A stretch of DNA of 64,000 nt. Origin: an uncultured delta proteobacterium (GTDB lineage: Bacteria > Desulfobacterota > Syntrophobacteria > BM002). Shown piece by piece: positions 1 through 10,305 of this stretch. Numbering within the stretch: the first letter of the stretch is position 1; every line of letters starts with the position of its first letter. The notes beneath the pieces were generated by a model. That model had not been told where the DNA came from. It saw nothing but the letters and a program-made list of their open reading frames with translations, and made no database searches. A program made the position numbers and the translations under genes. The stretch is taken from positions 1 through 64,000 of the forward strand of contig CAVQGX010000020.1 in NCBI GenBank assembly GCA_963712115.1. The letters are read 5' to 3'.

Positions 1-76
1 GTGCGCCCGGCAAGATTCGAACTTGCGACCTACGGATTCGTAGTCCGGCGCTCTATCCGGGCTGAGCTACGGGCGC
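1..76 (-). tRNA. tRNA-Arg (anticodon ACG); 3' CCA cut by window edge
   Basis: Reverse complement GCGCCCGTAGCTCAGCCCGGATAGAGCGCCGGACTACGAATCCGTAGGTCGCAAGTTCGAATCTTGCCGGGCGCAC has an acceptor stem, anticodon loop CTACGAA and T-loop GTTCGAAT. Confidence 0.95.
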
Positions 77-168
77 ATTTGAATAATGAGAGTGCTATCA
101 CTAACACCCATATTCTTGCATGTCAAGGCACTGATCGACTGCTTAGCGGCCCTTTTTAGTTCGCCCTC

Positions 169-519
169 CTATTTTGCTTCCCATGATGTTTTGCCGTTAT
201 TGTCGAAGAAACCAACATATGGCTTATTGACCGGAATCATACCAACGAGCATCCTCAGGTCGCCTTGTCTGTCAAAAAAGCGCAGGGCGGGTTCAATAGG
301 GAGAAATGGTTCTTCCCCCGGATGCCCACCAAGTATGGCCAAAGTCCTGCCGTCATCGCTCACCAAGCGGAACTCATGGGCAACCACAACCTCTTTAGCT
401 GCAGGTTCCTCGCGAGCGAACACAGTCCTATCCCCTAAAAACTGGCTTGAAACTATTCCCCCTATAAAACCGGCAAACAAGGCGAGAACGACTATTACCG
501 TAAGCTGTCCCCTTTTCAT
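169..519 (-). CDS. Hypothetical exported/membrane-anchored protein
   Basis: 116-aa ORF with GGAGGA RBS and N-terminal hydrophobic segment. Confidence 0.7.
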   Translation of the reverse strand: MKRGQLTVIVVLALFAGFIGGIVSSQFLGDRTVFAREEPAAKEVVVAHEFRLVSDDGRTLAILGGHPGEEPFLPIEPALRFFDRQGDLRMLVGMIPVNKPYVGFFDNNGKTSWEAK

Positions 520-656
520 TCCTCATCCTCCTACTAAGTTAGGGCTAAGCCGTGTGTATTTGTTAGACTTCCCATACTATGCTCTTATTCTAACTCATAG
601 CAACTGGTTATCGCCCCCAACCCTTTGAAATGGCAATTAGTCGAGCAGCTGGAATC

Positions 657-1424
657 CTATTTTGGGGTGTCAGTAAATGACCAGCTGCTGAGAGATCTCA
701 AAAAATCGTAGTTGGTGAGATCATGGTGGATGGGCGTGATAGAAATATAGTCCCTCCCCAGGGCGCAAGCATCGGTGTCGTCATCTTCCTGTAAAGGCGG
801 AGTGCTGCCGCACTGCCAATAGTAAACATTTTCCCGAGGATCCACTCTGCGTTCAAAGCTTTCCACAAAGCGGGTGACCCCCTGGCGGGTTACTCGTACA
901 CCCTTTATTTCATTCTCAGGAATAGCCGGAACATTTACGTTCAAAGAAGTATGGGGAGGGAGTCCGTATTTGTTCACCTGGTTTGCCAGCAAGCGGGCAA
1001 AGCGAGCTGCTGGCCCGAAGTTCGGATCCTTGAAGGTGTTTATAGAAATGGCAATGCTCGGCACTCCCAAAATTGCCCCCTCGGTGGCAGCGGATACAGT
1101 GCCGGAGTAGATCACGTTGATTCCCACGTTGGCTCCCAGATTTATCCCTGAGACAACCAGATCCGGCTGTTGCTCCACAAGTTCATTAATAGCCAACTTA
1201 ACGCAGTCTGCGGGGGTGCCTTTCACTGCATAGCCGAAAAAAATCCCGTTCCGGTTTACAGACTTCACCAACAAGGGATCAGTGAGAGTAATGGCATGCC
1301 CCACGGCGCTTTGCTCGGTTTCAGGGGCAACTACTACCACCTCATGGTCCTTGCTGAGGTGTTTGTGTAAGACTTCTATTCCCTTTGAGTAGATGCCATC
1401 ATCATTCGTAAGGAGTATCTTCAT
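657..1424 (-). CDS. surE: 5'/3'-nucleotidase SurE
   Basis: ILLTNDDG, GTPADCV, SGINLGAN, YSGTVSAA motifs. Confidence 0.96.
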   Translation of the reverse strand: MKILLTNDDGIYSKGIEVLHKHLSKDHEVVVVAPETEQSAVGHAITLTDPLLVKSVNRNGIFFGYAVKGTPADCVKLAINELVEQQPDLVVSGINLGANVGINVIYSGTVSAATEGAILGVPSIAISINTFKDPNFGPAARFARLLANQVNKYGLPPHTSLNVNVPAIPENEIKGVRVTRQGVTRFVESFERRVDPRENVYYWQCGSTPPLQEDDDTDACALGRDYISITPIHHDLTNYDFLRSLSSWSFTDTPK

Positions 1425-2004
1425 GGTTTGGCCCGTGACCTTGTATAGCCTCAGGTTCCCTCTCTTTCAAGATCGCCTTCGCTGCCTTGCTACCCAGTTG
1501 TAGCGCCTTTCGGTTTAACTCCTCGGTCCCCTTTGGAACACGCGCCAGCACAGCAGCTTCCAAAGATTTAAATGATACCACCTTAGTCAGGGTTGCAAGT
1601 GCACCCAGAGCAATTATGTTGGCTACCATTTCCCTGCCCAGTTCTTTACGAGCAATTTCAGTAAAGGGGATACAAATGGCCTTGGTGGTCGGGGTTTGGG
1701 TCACGAAAGTAGAGTCCACTACCAGGGTTCCTTCTGGCTTCAAGTCAAAGTAAAAAGAATCCGAGGATTTTTGATTCATGGCCAGCAAAAGGTCCAACCT
1801 GGTGGCCATGGGATAGTCAATCTCTTCATTGCTGATCACCACCTCGGCCTTGCTGGCCCCACCCCGAGCCTCAGGTCCATAGGACTGACTCTGGGCAACA
1901 TGTTTACCTTCGTGAACTCCAGCAGCCTCAGCCAAGATAATCCCGGCCAGAATGAGTCCCTGCCCCCCTGAACCACTCAGGCAGATCTCGTAACGTTCTC
2001 CCAT
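1402..2004 (-). CDS. korC: 2-oxoacid:ferredoxin oxidoreductase gamma subunit
   Basis: GSGGQG, QSYGPEARGG motifs; operon context. Confidence 0.92.
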   Translation of the reverse strand: MGERYEICLSGSGGQGLILAGIILAEAAGVHEGKHVAQSQSYGPEARGGASKAEVVISNEEIDYPMATRLDLLLAMNQKSSDSFYFDLKPEGTLVVDSTFVTQTPTTKAICIPFTEIARKELGREMVANIIALGALATLTKVVSFKSLEAAVLARVPKGTEELNRKALQLGSKAAKAILKEREPEAIQGHGPNHEDTPYE

Positions 2005-2032
2005 TTAAGTCTCCAACTCAGAGGCAATATTT

Positions 2033-2298
2033 AACCACAGAGAATACAGTATAGACTAAACCCTAAATCCTAGTATCTAAATCCTAAACAAATTCAAATT
2101 TCAAATTCTCCAATGACCAAAACTTCCAATTCATTGATCGATTCAATTTTGTTTTGAACATTGGAGAATTTGAAATTCGGATTTGCCCTTCGACTTGGCT
2201 CAGGGTGGTGAGCTGGTCGAACCATTTAGTGCTTCGGATTTAGGATTCAGAATTTAGCTGCAGCTATTCTGCTCTGTGACTCCTTGCGCTCTGTGGTT
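2033..2298. repeat. Nested palindromic intergenic element
   Basis: Outer AACCACAGAG/CTCTGTGGTT inverted repeat, inner inverted heptad-like tracts and a CCCTTCGAC..GCTCAGGGT module also seen inverted at 6575-6594. Confidence 0.7.
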
Positions 2299-2313
2299 CA
2301 AAAGGTTTAGCTG

Positions 2314-3150
2314 TCAGCGGCTGATTTGTTCCTGGGCCTGTTGTCGCACTAGATCGTACTGCTCTGTGTAGATGGGAAGGTCCCTGTCCGCCAACACACC
2401 AATAGTGAACTTATCTTTGAGCTCCTCTTCGCTCAGATCCCCCGCTCTCTCGATACGGACGGCATGCTCCTTTTGCCACTTCATCATGGCCACGGCATCT
2501 CCCATCCGATTTCTGCGGCCATACTGGGTGTGACAATGAGTGATTATCTCCACCACGCCAAAGCCTCGCTTCACCAGAGCCTTTTCAATAAGCTTGTCCA
2601 GTAAACGGGCGTGGTAGACGGTACCCCGGCCCACAAAAACAGCACCGGCAGTCACCGCCAGCTCAGCAATGTTAAAAGCGTGTTCAATATTTCGGTAGGG
2701 CGCGGTTGTGGCCTTCATCCCGTAGGGGGTGGTAGGGGAGTACTGACCGCCAGTCATGCCGTAAATATTATTGTTGATTATGATGGCGGTGATGTTGATG
2801 TTACGCCGCGCTGCATGGATAAAGTGGTTGCCGCCGATGGCAGTGGCATCGCCATCACCCATAACTACAATTACTTTAAGCTCCGGTTTTGCCAGCTTGA
2901 CCCCAGTAGCGAAAGTAAGTGCCCGCCCGTGGGTGGTGTGCAGAGTGTTGAAATCTACATAAACCGGCAGCCGACCGGAGCAACCGATGCCTGAAACCAT
3001 GACTATCTCGTCTTTGCTGTAGCTAAGACGGTCTATGGCCCGGATCATTGCTCCAAGAACAATGCCGTTGCCACAACCTGGGCACCAGACATGGGGGAAT
3101 TTCTTATCATGACGCAAGTATTTATGCACTAACTTGGTAATTTCTGCCAT
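2314..3150 (-). CDS. korB: 2-oxoacid:ferredoxin oxidoreductase beta (TPP-binding) subunit
   Basis: WCPGCG, GIGCS, GDGD..NN..YGMTGGQ motifs. Confidence 0.94.
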   Translation of the reverse strand: MAEITKLVHKYLRHDKKFPHVWCPGCGNGIVLGAMIRAIDRLSYSKDEIVMVSGIGCSGRLPVYVDFNTLHTTHGRALTFATGVKLAKPELKVIVVMGDGDATAIGGNHFIHAARRNINITAIIINNNIYGMTGGQYSPTTPYGMKATTAPYRNIEHAFNIAELAVTAGAVFVGRGTVYHARLLDKLIEKALVKRGFGVVEIITHCHTQYGRRNRMGDAVAMMKWQKEHAVRIERAGDLSEEELKDKFTIGVLADRDLPIYTEQYDLVRQQAQEQISR

Positions 3151-3156
3151 CTCTCT

Positions 3157-4299
3157 CTATTCCTTTACTAGCCATTCATAGATCTGCTGAGGAGTAATCA
3201 TGCCTCCATCTATGCGATTCAAGGTTGCCACCCGGCTCATCCCCTCGTTTACCCGTTTGACCTCACGGGAAATCTGTCCCATGTTCATCTCGGGAACCAA
3301 AACCACCCTACTGTTACGGATGGTCCCCACCACATCGCGCCGTGGGAACGGAAATAGGGTAATCAGTTGGAGCAGCCCTGCCTTGATCCCCTTTTCCCTT
3401 GCATCCAGCACTGCTCTCCTGGCAGAGCGGGCCACGGAGCCGTAAGCGATGACAACAATCTCGGCATCCTCTGTTAGAAAGTGCTTCACAATCTGGATAT
3501 CATGAAAATGCTGGCTTATCTTCCGGTGAATCCTCTTCATGAAAGGCTCAATTTCATCAGCCCTGGCAGTGGGGAAACCACGGATGTCATGGATAAGTCC
3601 AGTCACATGGTATCGATAACCATCGCCAAAAATTCCCATTGGGGGCACCCCCCGGCTGGTGTCCTCATAAGGAATGTACCACTCCGGCGGCATACTCGGC
3701 CTTATTCGATCCAGAACCTCTAATTCGTCGGGTTTCGGCAGTATTACTGTCTCGCGAGTGTGAGCCACCACCTCATCGGATAGCACAATGACCGGCGTAC
3801 GATAACGCTCTGAGAAATTGAAAGCTTTTACAGTGATCTCAAAGGAGTCGTGCACACTAGAAGGGGCAAGGACGATTATGGGATGGTCCCCGTGGGTTCC
3901 CCAGCGGGATTGCATAACGTCTCCCTGGGAGGGATTGGTGGGAAGACCAGTTGAGGGGCCACCCCGCATGACATTAACAATCACACAAGGCACCTCGGCC
4001 ACACAGGCAAAACCCAGATTCTCCTGCATGAGGGAAAATCCTGGTCCGCTTGTGGCAGTCATGGATTTTGCCCCAGCCAAGCTCGCCCCAATCACCGCTC
4101 CGAGACTGGCAATCTCATCCTCCATCTGGATAAAAGTACCTCCAACTTGGGGCAAACGATAGGCAAGTATCTCGCTAATCTCGGAGGCTGGGGTTATGGG
4201 ATAGCCGGCAAAAAAACTGCAGCCAGCAGCCAAGGCTCCCTCGACAATGGCCTCGTTTCCCTGCAAGAGACGAGGTTTATTTTTTTCCTTTTTTGCCAT
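3157..4299 (-). CDS. korA: 2-oxoacid:ferredoxin oxidoreductase alpha subunit
   Basis: GNEA, YPITP, QMEDE, TATSGPG, RGGPSTG motifs. Confidence 0.94.
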   Translation of the reverse strand: MAKKEKNKPRLLQGNEAIVEGALAAGCSFFAGYPITPASEISEILAYRLPQVGGTFIQMEDEIASLGAVIGASLAGAKSMTATSGPGFSLMQENLGFACVAEVPCVIVNVMRGGPSTGLPTNPSQGDVMQSRWGTHGDHPIIVLAPSSVHDSFEITVKAFNFSERYRTPVIVLSDEVVAHTRETVILPKPDELEVLDRIRPSMPPEWYIPYEDTSRGVPPMGIFGDGYRYHVTGLIHDIRGFPTARADEIEPFMKRIHRKISQHFHDIQIVKHFLTEDAEIVVIAYGSVARSARRAVLDAREKGIKAGLLQLITLFPFPRRDVVGTIRNSRVVLVPEMNMGQISREVKRVNEGMSRVATLNRIDGGMITPQQIYEWLVKE

Positions 4300-4458
4300 T
4301 AGTTAAGCTCTTTTCGGGGGACGATGCCCACCATTATACCATTCATGTCGCACTTATCATTTGATGTGTCACCGCTATCGCTTACAACCTGCAATTCTGA
4401 ATTACAGATGAGAAATGCGAAACGCGAAATGTTCCTGCTGCCTGGTGCCTGCTGGACA

Positions 4459-4773
4459 CTAGGCTTCGCACACATCTTCTTCTTTCTTCTCTTTGACCTG
4501 GACAGCGAAATCAGGGCAGCGAATTTCACACCATGTGCAACCTGTGCAGAGTTCCGGTTTGCTAACCTCCGGCTCTCCTAGTTCATTAATCGAGAGAGCC
4601 CCGGCAGGGCAGAAAGCCGCACAAATACCGCAACCTTTACACCAGTCCCGATAAAACTCTACCTCAAACTTTTCTTTGGGCTCTTTTTCTTTTACCGCTG
4701 CTTTGGCTGGCGTTGTTTTCTTCTTCTTTGTGGCTTTGCCGCTTTTCGCTTTCTTTTGGCGCTTCGCTGTCAT
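4459..4773 (-). CDS. korD: 2-oxoacid:ferredoxin oxidoreductase delta (2x4Fe-4S) subunit with Lys-rich N-terminus
   Basis: CKGCGICAAFCP and CTGCTWCEIRCP; first gene of the kor operon. Confidence 0.9.
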   Translation of the reverse strand: MTAKRQKKAKSGKATKKKKTTPAKAAVKEKEPKEKFEVEFYRDWCKGCGICAAFCPAGALSINELGEPEVSKPELCTGCTWCEIRCPDFAVQVKEKKEEDVCEA

Positions 4774-5036
4774 TAGAACTCCATGTGCTAGCCTAATAAT
4801 AATGGGATTTGAGAATACACAATTCCAGATGCTTTTTCAAACGGTTTTCCAGCCGCTATCAGCAGCAAAGGTCCCCCAGGAAAAAGATTGACCCTGGTGA
4901 GTCTCTATTATAACATGACTTGTGATATTTAGCTCAAAGCTACGGAGGGCACGGTGAGCAGTGAGCCGTCTATGGCCTTTTATTCATACTGCTCACGGTT
5001 TACCGCTTACTGCTTACCCGGAAAGTTGGAGTTCCA

Positions 5037-5876
5037 ATGAAAGAAATCAACATTAGCCAGATCACTACAGCGATTCGAGATCTTTGCATTAAAGCAAATA
5101 CCCACCTGGGAGAAGACGTTTTAGAGGCCTTTAATAAGGCAATCGAGCTGGAAGTATCCCCTACTGGCAAGGACATTTTGGAAAAGCTGGTGGAAAACGC
5201 TCGCATTGCCCGAGAGGAAGAAATTCCCATCTGCCAGGATACCGGTTTTGCCGTTGTCTTTGTGGAGCTCGGGCAGGAAGTGCACCTGGTTGGGGGAGAC
5301 CTCAAGGAGGCCATCAACGAGGGCGTACGCCAAGGCTATCAGGAAGGGTATCTCCGCAAGAGCATCTGTCATCCCTTTACTCGTAAAAACACCGGAGACA
5401 ATACCCCTGCTGTCATTCACCTTGACATAGTTCCAGGTGAAAGGGTGCGCTTGATAGTCGCCCCCAAAGGGGGTGGCAGCGAAAACATGAGCCAGGTTAC
5501 CATGCTGACTCCGGCTGTGGGTATGGAGGGCGTTAAGGATTTTGTAGTGCAAAGGGTCAAGGAGTCTGGTGCCAATCCCTGTCCTCCCATTATTGTGGGT
5601 GTAGGAATCGGCGGCACTTTCGAGACTGCTGCATTGTTAGCCAAGAGGGCCTTGCTCCGTCCCTTGGGAAGTCAAAATCCGAACACTGAGCTCGCATCAT
5701 TAGAGGCTGAATTATACGAAGAGATAAACGCATTAGGAATTGGGCCCCAGGGCCTCGGCGGCCGAATCACTTCTCTGGCCGTACATGTGGCAATGATGGA
5801 GTCACATATCGCTAGTCTGCCCGTTGCAGTCAATATCCAATGCCACGCCGCACGACATAAAGAGATAGAGCTTTAG
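5037..5876 (+). CDS. Class I fumarate hydratase (Fe-S hydro-lyase) alpha subunit
   Basis: PICQDTG, KGGGSEN, NPCPP, NIQCHAARH. Confidence 0.93.
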   Translation: MKEINISQITTAIRDLCIKANTHLGEDVLEAFNKAIELEVSPTGKDILEKLVENARIAREEEIPICQDTGFAVVFVELGQEVHLVGGDLKEAINEGVRQGYQEGYLRKSICHPFTRKNTGDNTPAVIHLDIVPGERVRLIVAPKGGGSENMSQVTMLTPAVGMEGVKDFVVQRVKESGANPCPPIIVGVGIGGTFETAALLAKRALLRPLGSQNPNTELASLEAELYEEINALGIGPQGLGGRITSLAVHVAMMESHIASLPVAVNIQCHAARHKEIEL

Positions 5877-5948
5877 TTTGCATAAGGCAGTCTGGAAACA
5901 GATACCAAAATACAGATACGACGCGGCACAAGGCTAAAAGGGGAAAAA

Positions 5949-6503
5949 ATGAGTGAGGCAATAAAATTGACCCCACCTCTGAACGATGAGGATGTGGAGG
6001 GGTTGCAGGCTGGTGACCGAGTATTGATCAGCGGCACGATCTATACAGGAAGAGATGCGGCACACAAGCGGCTTACCGATTTGGTTAAGTCTGGCGAGCC
6101 TCTGCCCATTGATATAAAAGGGCAGATTATCTATTACGTCGGACCTTCACCAGCCAAGCCTGGCATGGCAGTTGGTGCGGCTGGCCCAACCACCAGCTAT
6201 CGCATGGATGCATATGCGCCTGAACTGATCCGTCTTGGCCTAAAGGGTATGATCGGTAAGGGAGCCAGGAATCAGCAGGTCAGGGATGCCATGGTGAAGT
6301 ACAAGGCCCTCTACTTTGCCGCAATCGGCGGCGCCGGTGCCCTCATGGCTCAGGCCATCAAAAAGGCGGAACTCGTGGCTTACGAAGAACTAGGGCCAGA
6401 GGCCATTCGGCGTTTGGAGGTGGAGGAATTTCCAGTCATAGTAGTAAATGACGTGCAGGGGAATGATCTTTACGAAGAAGGGATAAAGAAATACGCACTT
6501 TGA
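5949..6503 (+). CDS. Class I fumarate hydratase beta subunit
   Basis: TGRDAAH, GPTTSYRM, MIGKG. Confidence 0.93.
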   Translation: MSEAIKLTPPLNDEDVEGLQAGDRVLISGTIYTGRDAAHKRLTDLVKSGEPLPIDIKGQIIYYVGPSPAKPGMAVGAAGPTTSYRMDAYAPELIRLGLKGMIGKGARNQQVRDAMVKYKALYFAAIGGAGALMAQAIKKAELVAYEELGPEAIRRLEVEEFPVIVVNDVQGNDLYEEGIKKYAL

Positions 6504-6652
6504 TCGCATAGCGTCAAAAAAAATCGAGACAGGAAATATGTCTTATCTCGTATCGCTCGTCCTCCCGTGAGTTTACCCTGAGCCTGCCGAAGGGCCCGTC
6601 TCGCAATAACGTGCCTTCAGTCTTGAGCAACTCTAGGCTCACCACTTTACTG

Positions 6653-7396
6653 TTATTTACCGAACCTAAACAGCTCCTTAACCGCGCTCCAGCCCATCTT
6701 GCGGCGCAGAATGCCGAGTTGGTCCTGCAAAGGGAGATGCTTGGGACACACATCCTCACATCCGAGTAGCCCCATACAGCCGAAAATTCCCTCATCAGTG
6801 CCGACGATCTCGAAGTACTCCCTTTCGCTGCGCTCGTCTCTTGGATCCATCATAAAACGAGCAATTCGGTTCATTGCCACCGCGCCAACAAAATCCTCTC
6901 GCATATTGGCAGTACCGCAGGCGGCCACACAACAGCCGCACTCTATACAACGCTCCAGTTCATAGATCTCATCGGCGAGCGCATTGTCCATTCTTTCTTC
7001 ATCAGCCGTTGAATCGAAGGTTTTATCTGTATGGACCCAAGATTCTACTTTCTCACTCATGGCCCGGAACCAGGTACCAGTATCCACCGACAGATCTCCG
7101 ATCAATTTAAAGATGGGAAGTGGCATCAGAGTAATCTCTTCGGGCAACTCTTTAGTCAGGGTGTGACAGGCAAGGCCGGGCCTGCCGTTGATCATCATGG
7201 CACAGGCCCCACATATGCCGGCGCGACAGCAGAAGTCGAACTGTAAAGACGGGTCCTGTTCCTCCCTAATCTGGTTTAGGGCGATGAATAGACTCATGCT
7301 CTCTGTCTCTTCCAAGTGGAAAGTATCCGTATGAGGGCTGGAATCAGGATCCTGTGGATTGTAGCGGAATATGTTGAACTTCAGCCTTCTTGCCAT
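6653..7396 (-). CDS. frdB: Fumarate reductase/succinate dehydrogenase iron-sulfur subunit
   Basis: CRAGICGAC, CIECGCCVAAC, CMGLLGCEDVCP. Confidence 0.94.
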   Translation of the reverse strand: MARRLKFNIFRYNPQDPDSSPHTDTFHLEETESMSLFIALNQIREEQDPSLQFDFCCRAGICGACAMMINGRPGLACHTLTKELPEEITLMPLPIFKLIGDLSVDTGTWFRAMSEKVESWVHTDKTFDSTADEERMDNALADEIYELERCIECGCCVAACGTANMREDFVGAVAMNRIARFMMDPRDERSEREYFEIVGTDEGIFGCMGLLGCEDVCPKHLPLQDQLGILRRKMGWSAVKELFRFGK

Positions 7397-7405
7397 GTCT
7401 TTCTC

Positions 7406-9259
7406 CTATGATTTATCCTCTCCTATTACTTCGCCGTCACAGCTGATGATCTTGCAAACCCCGTATCCTCTCTCACCTGGGGGAAGCTCAACGTATTCGG
7501 TGGCAGGCTCATAGTCAAGAGTGGGGAGATCAGCTCCCTCTTTCCAGGTCGCTAGGGTCCGATTCCACCAATCCCGGTCATTCCTGGCCTCATAATCCTC
7601 CCGAGCGTGGCAGCCCCGGCTCTCTGTGCGTTGGAGCGCCGCGTAAGCCGTACACAGTGCTAGCTTCACCATGCCCTGGATTTTCAGAGCAAGACCAAGT
7701 TCAGGGTTGGCCCCAGCGCCGTTTGAACGAAGGCCCACTTTTTTGGCTCGCCCATAGATCTCCAGGAGATTGTCAACTGCCTTTTGCAGGTCGGCACCAT
7801 TTCTGAATATTCCAACTCGCTCCATGAGTTCATCCTGCATAGCGTTGCGCACACTGTATATATCTTCAGTCCCGTTTTTACCCGTGATCAGCCGCTCGAT
7901 GCGCTCTTGTTGTTTGGTCACCTCGCTTCTTATAACGGAGGTGTTGTATTGCACCTCGTAGCCCTGGAGGAACTCGACAATCTTTTCACCCACAATCTTC
8001 CCGGCAACAACTGTTTCGGCGAGAGAGTTCCCACCCAACCGGTTGAGACCGTGCATATCCCAACAAGCTGCTTCACCCGCCGAGAATAATCCCGTTAAAC
8101 CATAGGCTGCTCCGTCTTTGTTGGTCCGTACTCCTGCCATGGTGTAGTGCTGGGCCGGCCGCACCGGAATCAACTGGGTGATTGGATCGATTCCCAGGAA
8201 ATTATTGCAGATCTCCTCAACTTCCCTCAGCTTGGTTTTTATGTGTTTCTCACCTAGGTGGCGGATATCAAGCCAGAGGTGGTCTCCGTAAGCACTTTTA
8301 ACCCCAAGGCCCCTACGGATGTGCTGGGTCATCCAACGAGAAACCACATCCCTGGACGCCAGTTCCGCCTTCTCAGGTTCGTACTCAGGCATGAACCGCT
8401 CTTCATTCACATCCAGTAGAGTGCCGCCGTCACCTCGACAGCCCTCAGTAACCAAAATGTTTGTGGGTACGATGCCGGTGGGATGAAACTGCATTGCCTC
8501 GGGGTTGCCCAAGGGAACCACTTCGGTGTCGAGGGCGATAATGGCTCCGCCGCCGTCATTGATAACAGCGTTGGTGGTCTCCCGGTAGATCCGGCCGTAG
8601 CCTCCTGTGGCAATGACTGTCGCCTTGGCCAGATATACCCTGAGTTTTCCTGTCTTCAAACATCTAGCCACTGCACCGGTGCAGGTTTCTCCGTCATGAA
8701 TAAGGGCAATAGCTTCCACCCGGTCATGAACAGTGACACCTAACTGAACAACCTTGTTGTCCATAGTGTAGAGTAGAGTGTGCCCGGTCCCGTCCGAGGT
8801 ATAGCAAGTTCGCCACTTTGCTGTGCCACCAAAGTCTCTTGCGGTTATGAAACCCTCTTTTTCGCTGGCTTCCACCTTCTCAAATTCTTTGCCGCCCTTG
8901 AAATAGGTGGAGCTCCCCGGGACAACCCGGTTCCATGGAATCCCCCAGAAGGCCATCTCCCGGACTGCCTCCGGCGCTCTATCAACAAATAGCCGAACAA
9001 CCTCCTGGTCCGCACCCCAATCAGAGCCTTTCACCGTGTCCAGGAAGTGGACGTCCGGGCAGTCGCCATCTCCCATAGCGCAATGTCCCAAGGCAGCTTG
9101 CATGCCTCCCTGGGCTGCTGAAGAGTGAGACCGTCTGGAAGGTACAATGCTCAGACAGATGGCGTCAAAACCGGCGGAGGCAGCTTCAATGGCAACGCGC
9201 TCCCCTGCCAGTCCGGCACCTATACACAAGACGTCAGTGAATATCGTTTCCAAAGACAT
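7406..9259 (-). CDS. frdA: Fumarate reductase/succinate dehydrogenase flavoprotein subunit
   Basis: GAGLAG, RSHSSAAQGG covalent-FAD His, QFHPT, NRLGGNSL. Confidence 0.95.
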   Translation of the reverse strand: MSLETIFTDVLCIGAGLAGERVAIEAASAGFDAICLSIVPSRRSHSSAAQGGMQAALGHCAMGDGDCPDVHFLDTVKGSDWGADQEVVRLFVDRAPEAVREMAFWGIPWNRVVPGSSTYFKGGKEFEKVEASEKEGFITARDFGGTAKWRTCYTSDGTGHTLLYTMDNKVVQLGVTVHDRVEAIALIHDGETCTGAVARCLKTGKLRVYLAKATVIATGGYGRIYRETTNAVINDGGGAIIALDTEVVPLGNPEAMQFHPTGIVPTNILVTEGCRGDGGTLLDVNEERFMPEYEPEKAELASRDVVSRWMTQHIRRGLGVKSAYGDHLWLDIRHLGEKHIKTKLREVEEICNNFLGIDPITQLIPVRPAQHYTMAGVRTNKDGAAYGLTGLFSAGEAACWDMHGLNRLGGNSLAETVVAGKIVGEKIVEFLQGYEVQYNTSVIRSEVTKQQERIERLITGKNGTEDIYSVRNAMQDELMERVGIFRNGADLQKAVDNLLEIYGRAKKVGLRSNGAGANPELGLALKIQGMVKLALCTAYAALQRTESRGCHAREDYEARNDRDWWNRTLATWKEGADLPTLDYEPATEYVELPPGERGYGVCKIISCDGEVIGEDKS

Positions 9260-9265
9260 CCCTCC

Positions 9266-9916
9266 TTATACTTTTAATAAGAGGAATCGGATTAGAGTGA
9301 TAAGACCAATGGCGATAAATATGGCGGTCAAATAATTTTCAAATTTCTTGAATTTCTTTCTATCTTTTCGCCGAGCAAAACCCCATTTCACTGCGATCCG
9401 GTAGAAACCTATCCCCACGTGCAACTCCACCATAGGTAACAAAATTAAGTAGAACACCAGCCAGAAACCGCCCTGAATTCGCCCGGCACTCTTTGCCGCT
9501 GTTATAGGTAGATCGGTGAGTACCGTCCACATGTGGATGGATCCCATGATGAGAATGATCATGGCGGTTGTGGCCTGGACCAGCCAAAGGTAGGTGTCAG
9601 TATGGCGCAGCTGGCGGCTGAGCTTCCAGATGGTACTCTGTTGCTCCGCCCGAAAGGGGACCTTACGGGCTGCCAGGATAAAGTGGAGGAGAAAAATGCA
9701 ACCAACCATGGGGCCACCCACCTGGGCCATGTAGGTCTCCTCTAGGAATGCGGCTAAAGCATTCATCACACCCGCACCCAAGTTTACACTTGCCACCAAA
9801 ATCATGTGACTCCACATAAATAGTACTAAGGCCACACCTGTTAGCATCTGCAACCAGTCAAGGTAGGCTGAAGTCCTACTTGGTGATCGGACATAGGTGG
9901 TTGTGTTCACCGCCAT
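9266..9916 (-). CDS. frdC: Fumarate reductase cytochrome b membrane anchor
   Basis: About five TM helices with heme-ligand His; upstream of frdAB. Confidence 0.9.
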   Translation of the reverse strand: MAVNTTTYVRSPSRTSAYLDWLQMLTGVALVLFMWSHMILVASVNLGAGVMNALAAFLEETYMAQVGGPMVGCIFLLHFILAARKVPFRAEQQSTIWKLSRQLRHTDTYLWLVQATTAMIILIMGSIHMWTVLTDLPITAAKSAGRIQGGFWLVFYLILLPMVELHVGIGFYRIAVKWGFARRKDRKKFKKFENYLTAIFIAIGLITLIRFLLLKV

Positions 9917-10305
9917 GTTAACCCCCTATTATAAAAGTCTGGAAATTTCTACAAACAATTGAACATAAAAGGTTTGCCGTAGCTGCTACTTTATAACTCG
10001 TTTTTGAAATAATGGAAACTGGCAACCCGCTTGTCGAAGATACCGCCTGCGGTGCGGCGAAGCTCTGAGCCTCCGGCCCGGAGGGCGCAGCGCAGCAAGG
10101 GCGAATGACCAGGATTCCAACATTCTCCGCCTGAGGCGGATGAGCGAAGCGAACTAATATAATCTTATCTAGTTACGGAAGGATTTCAAGTTGCCAGAAA
10201 CTGAATTCCTCAAGGCAAAAAGAGTGTCTCAGGATCTACTGGATAGTGAAAATTTGAACATTACAAGAAAAAAATACTAACCTCCCCGAAGGGTGTTGTC
10301 AAGGT

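Noticed and set aside
1-519. tRNA as an island integration site
   Set aside because: No integrase or duplicated tRNA end in the window; the tRNA 3' flank lies outside it
4920-4937. TTGTGATATTTAGCTCAA as a Rex operator
   Set aside because: Right half-site has too many mismatches to call
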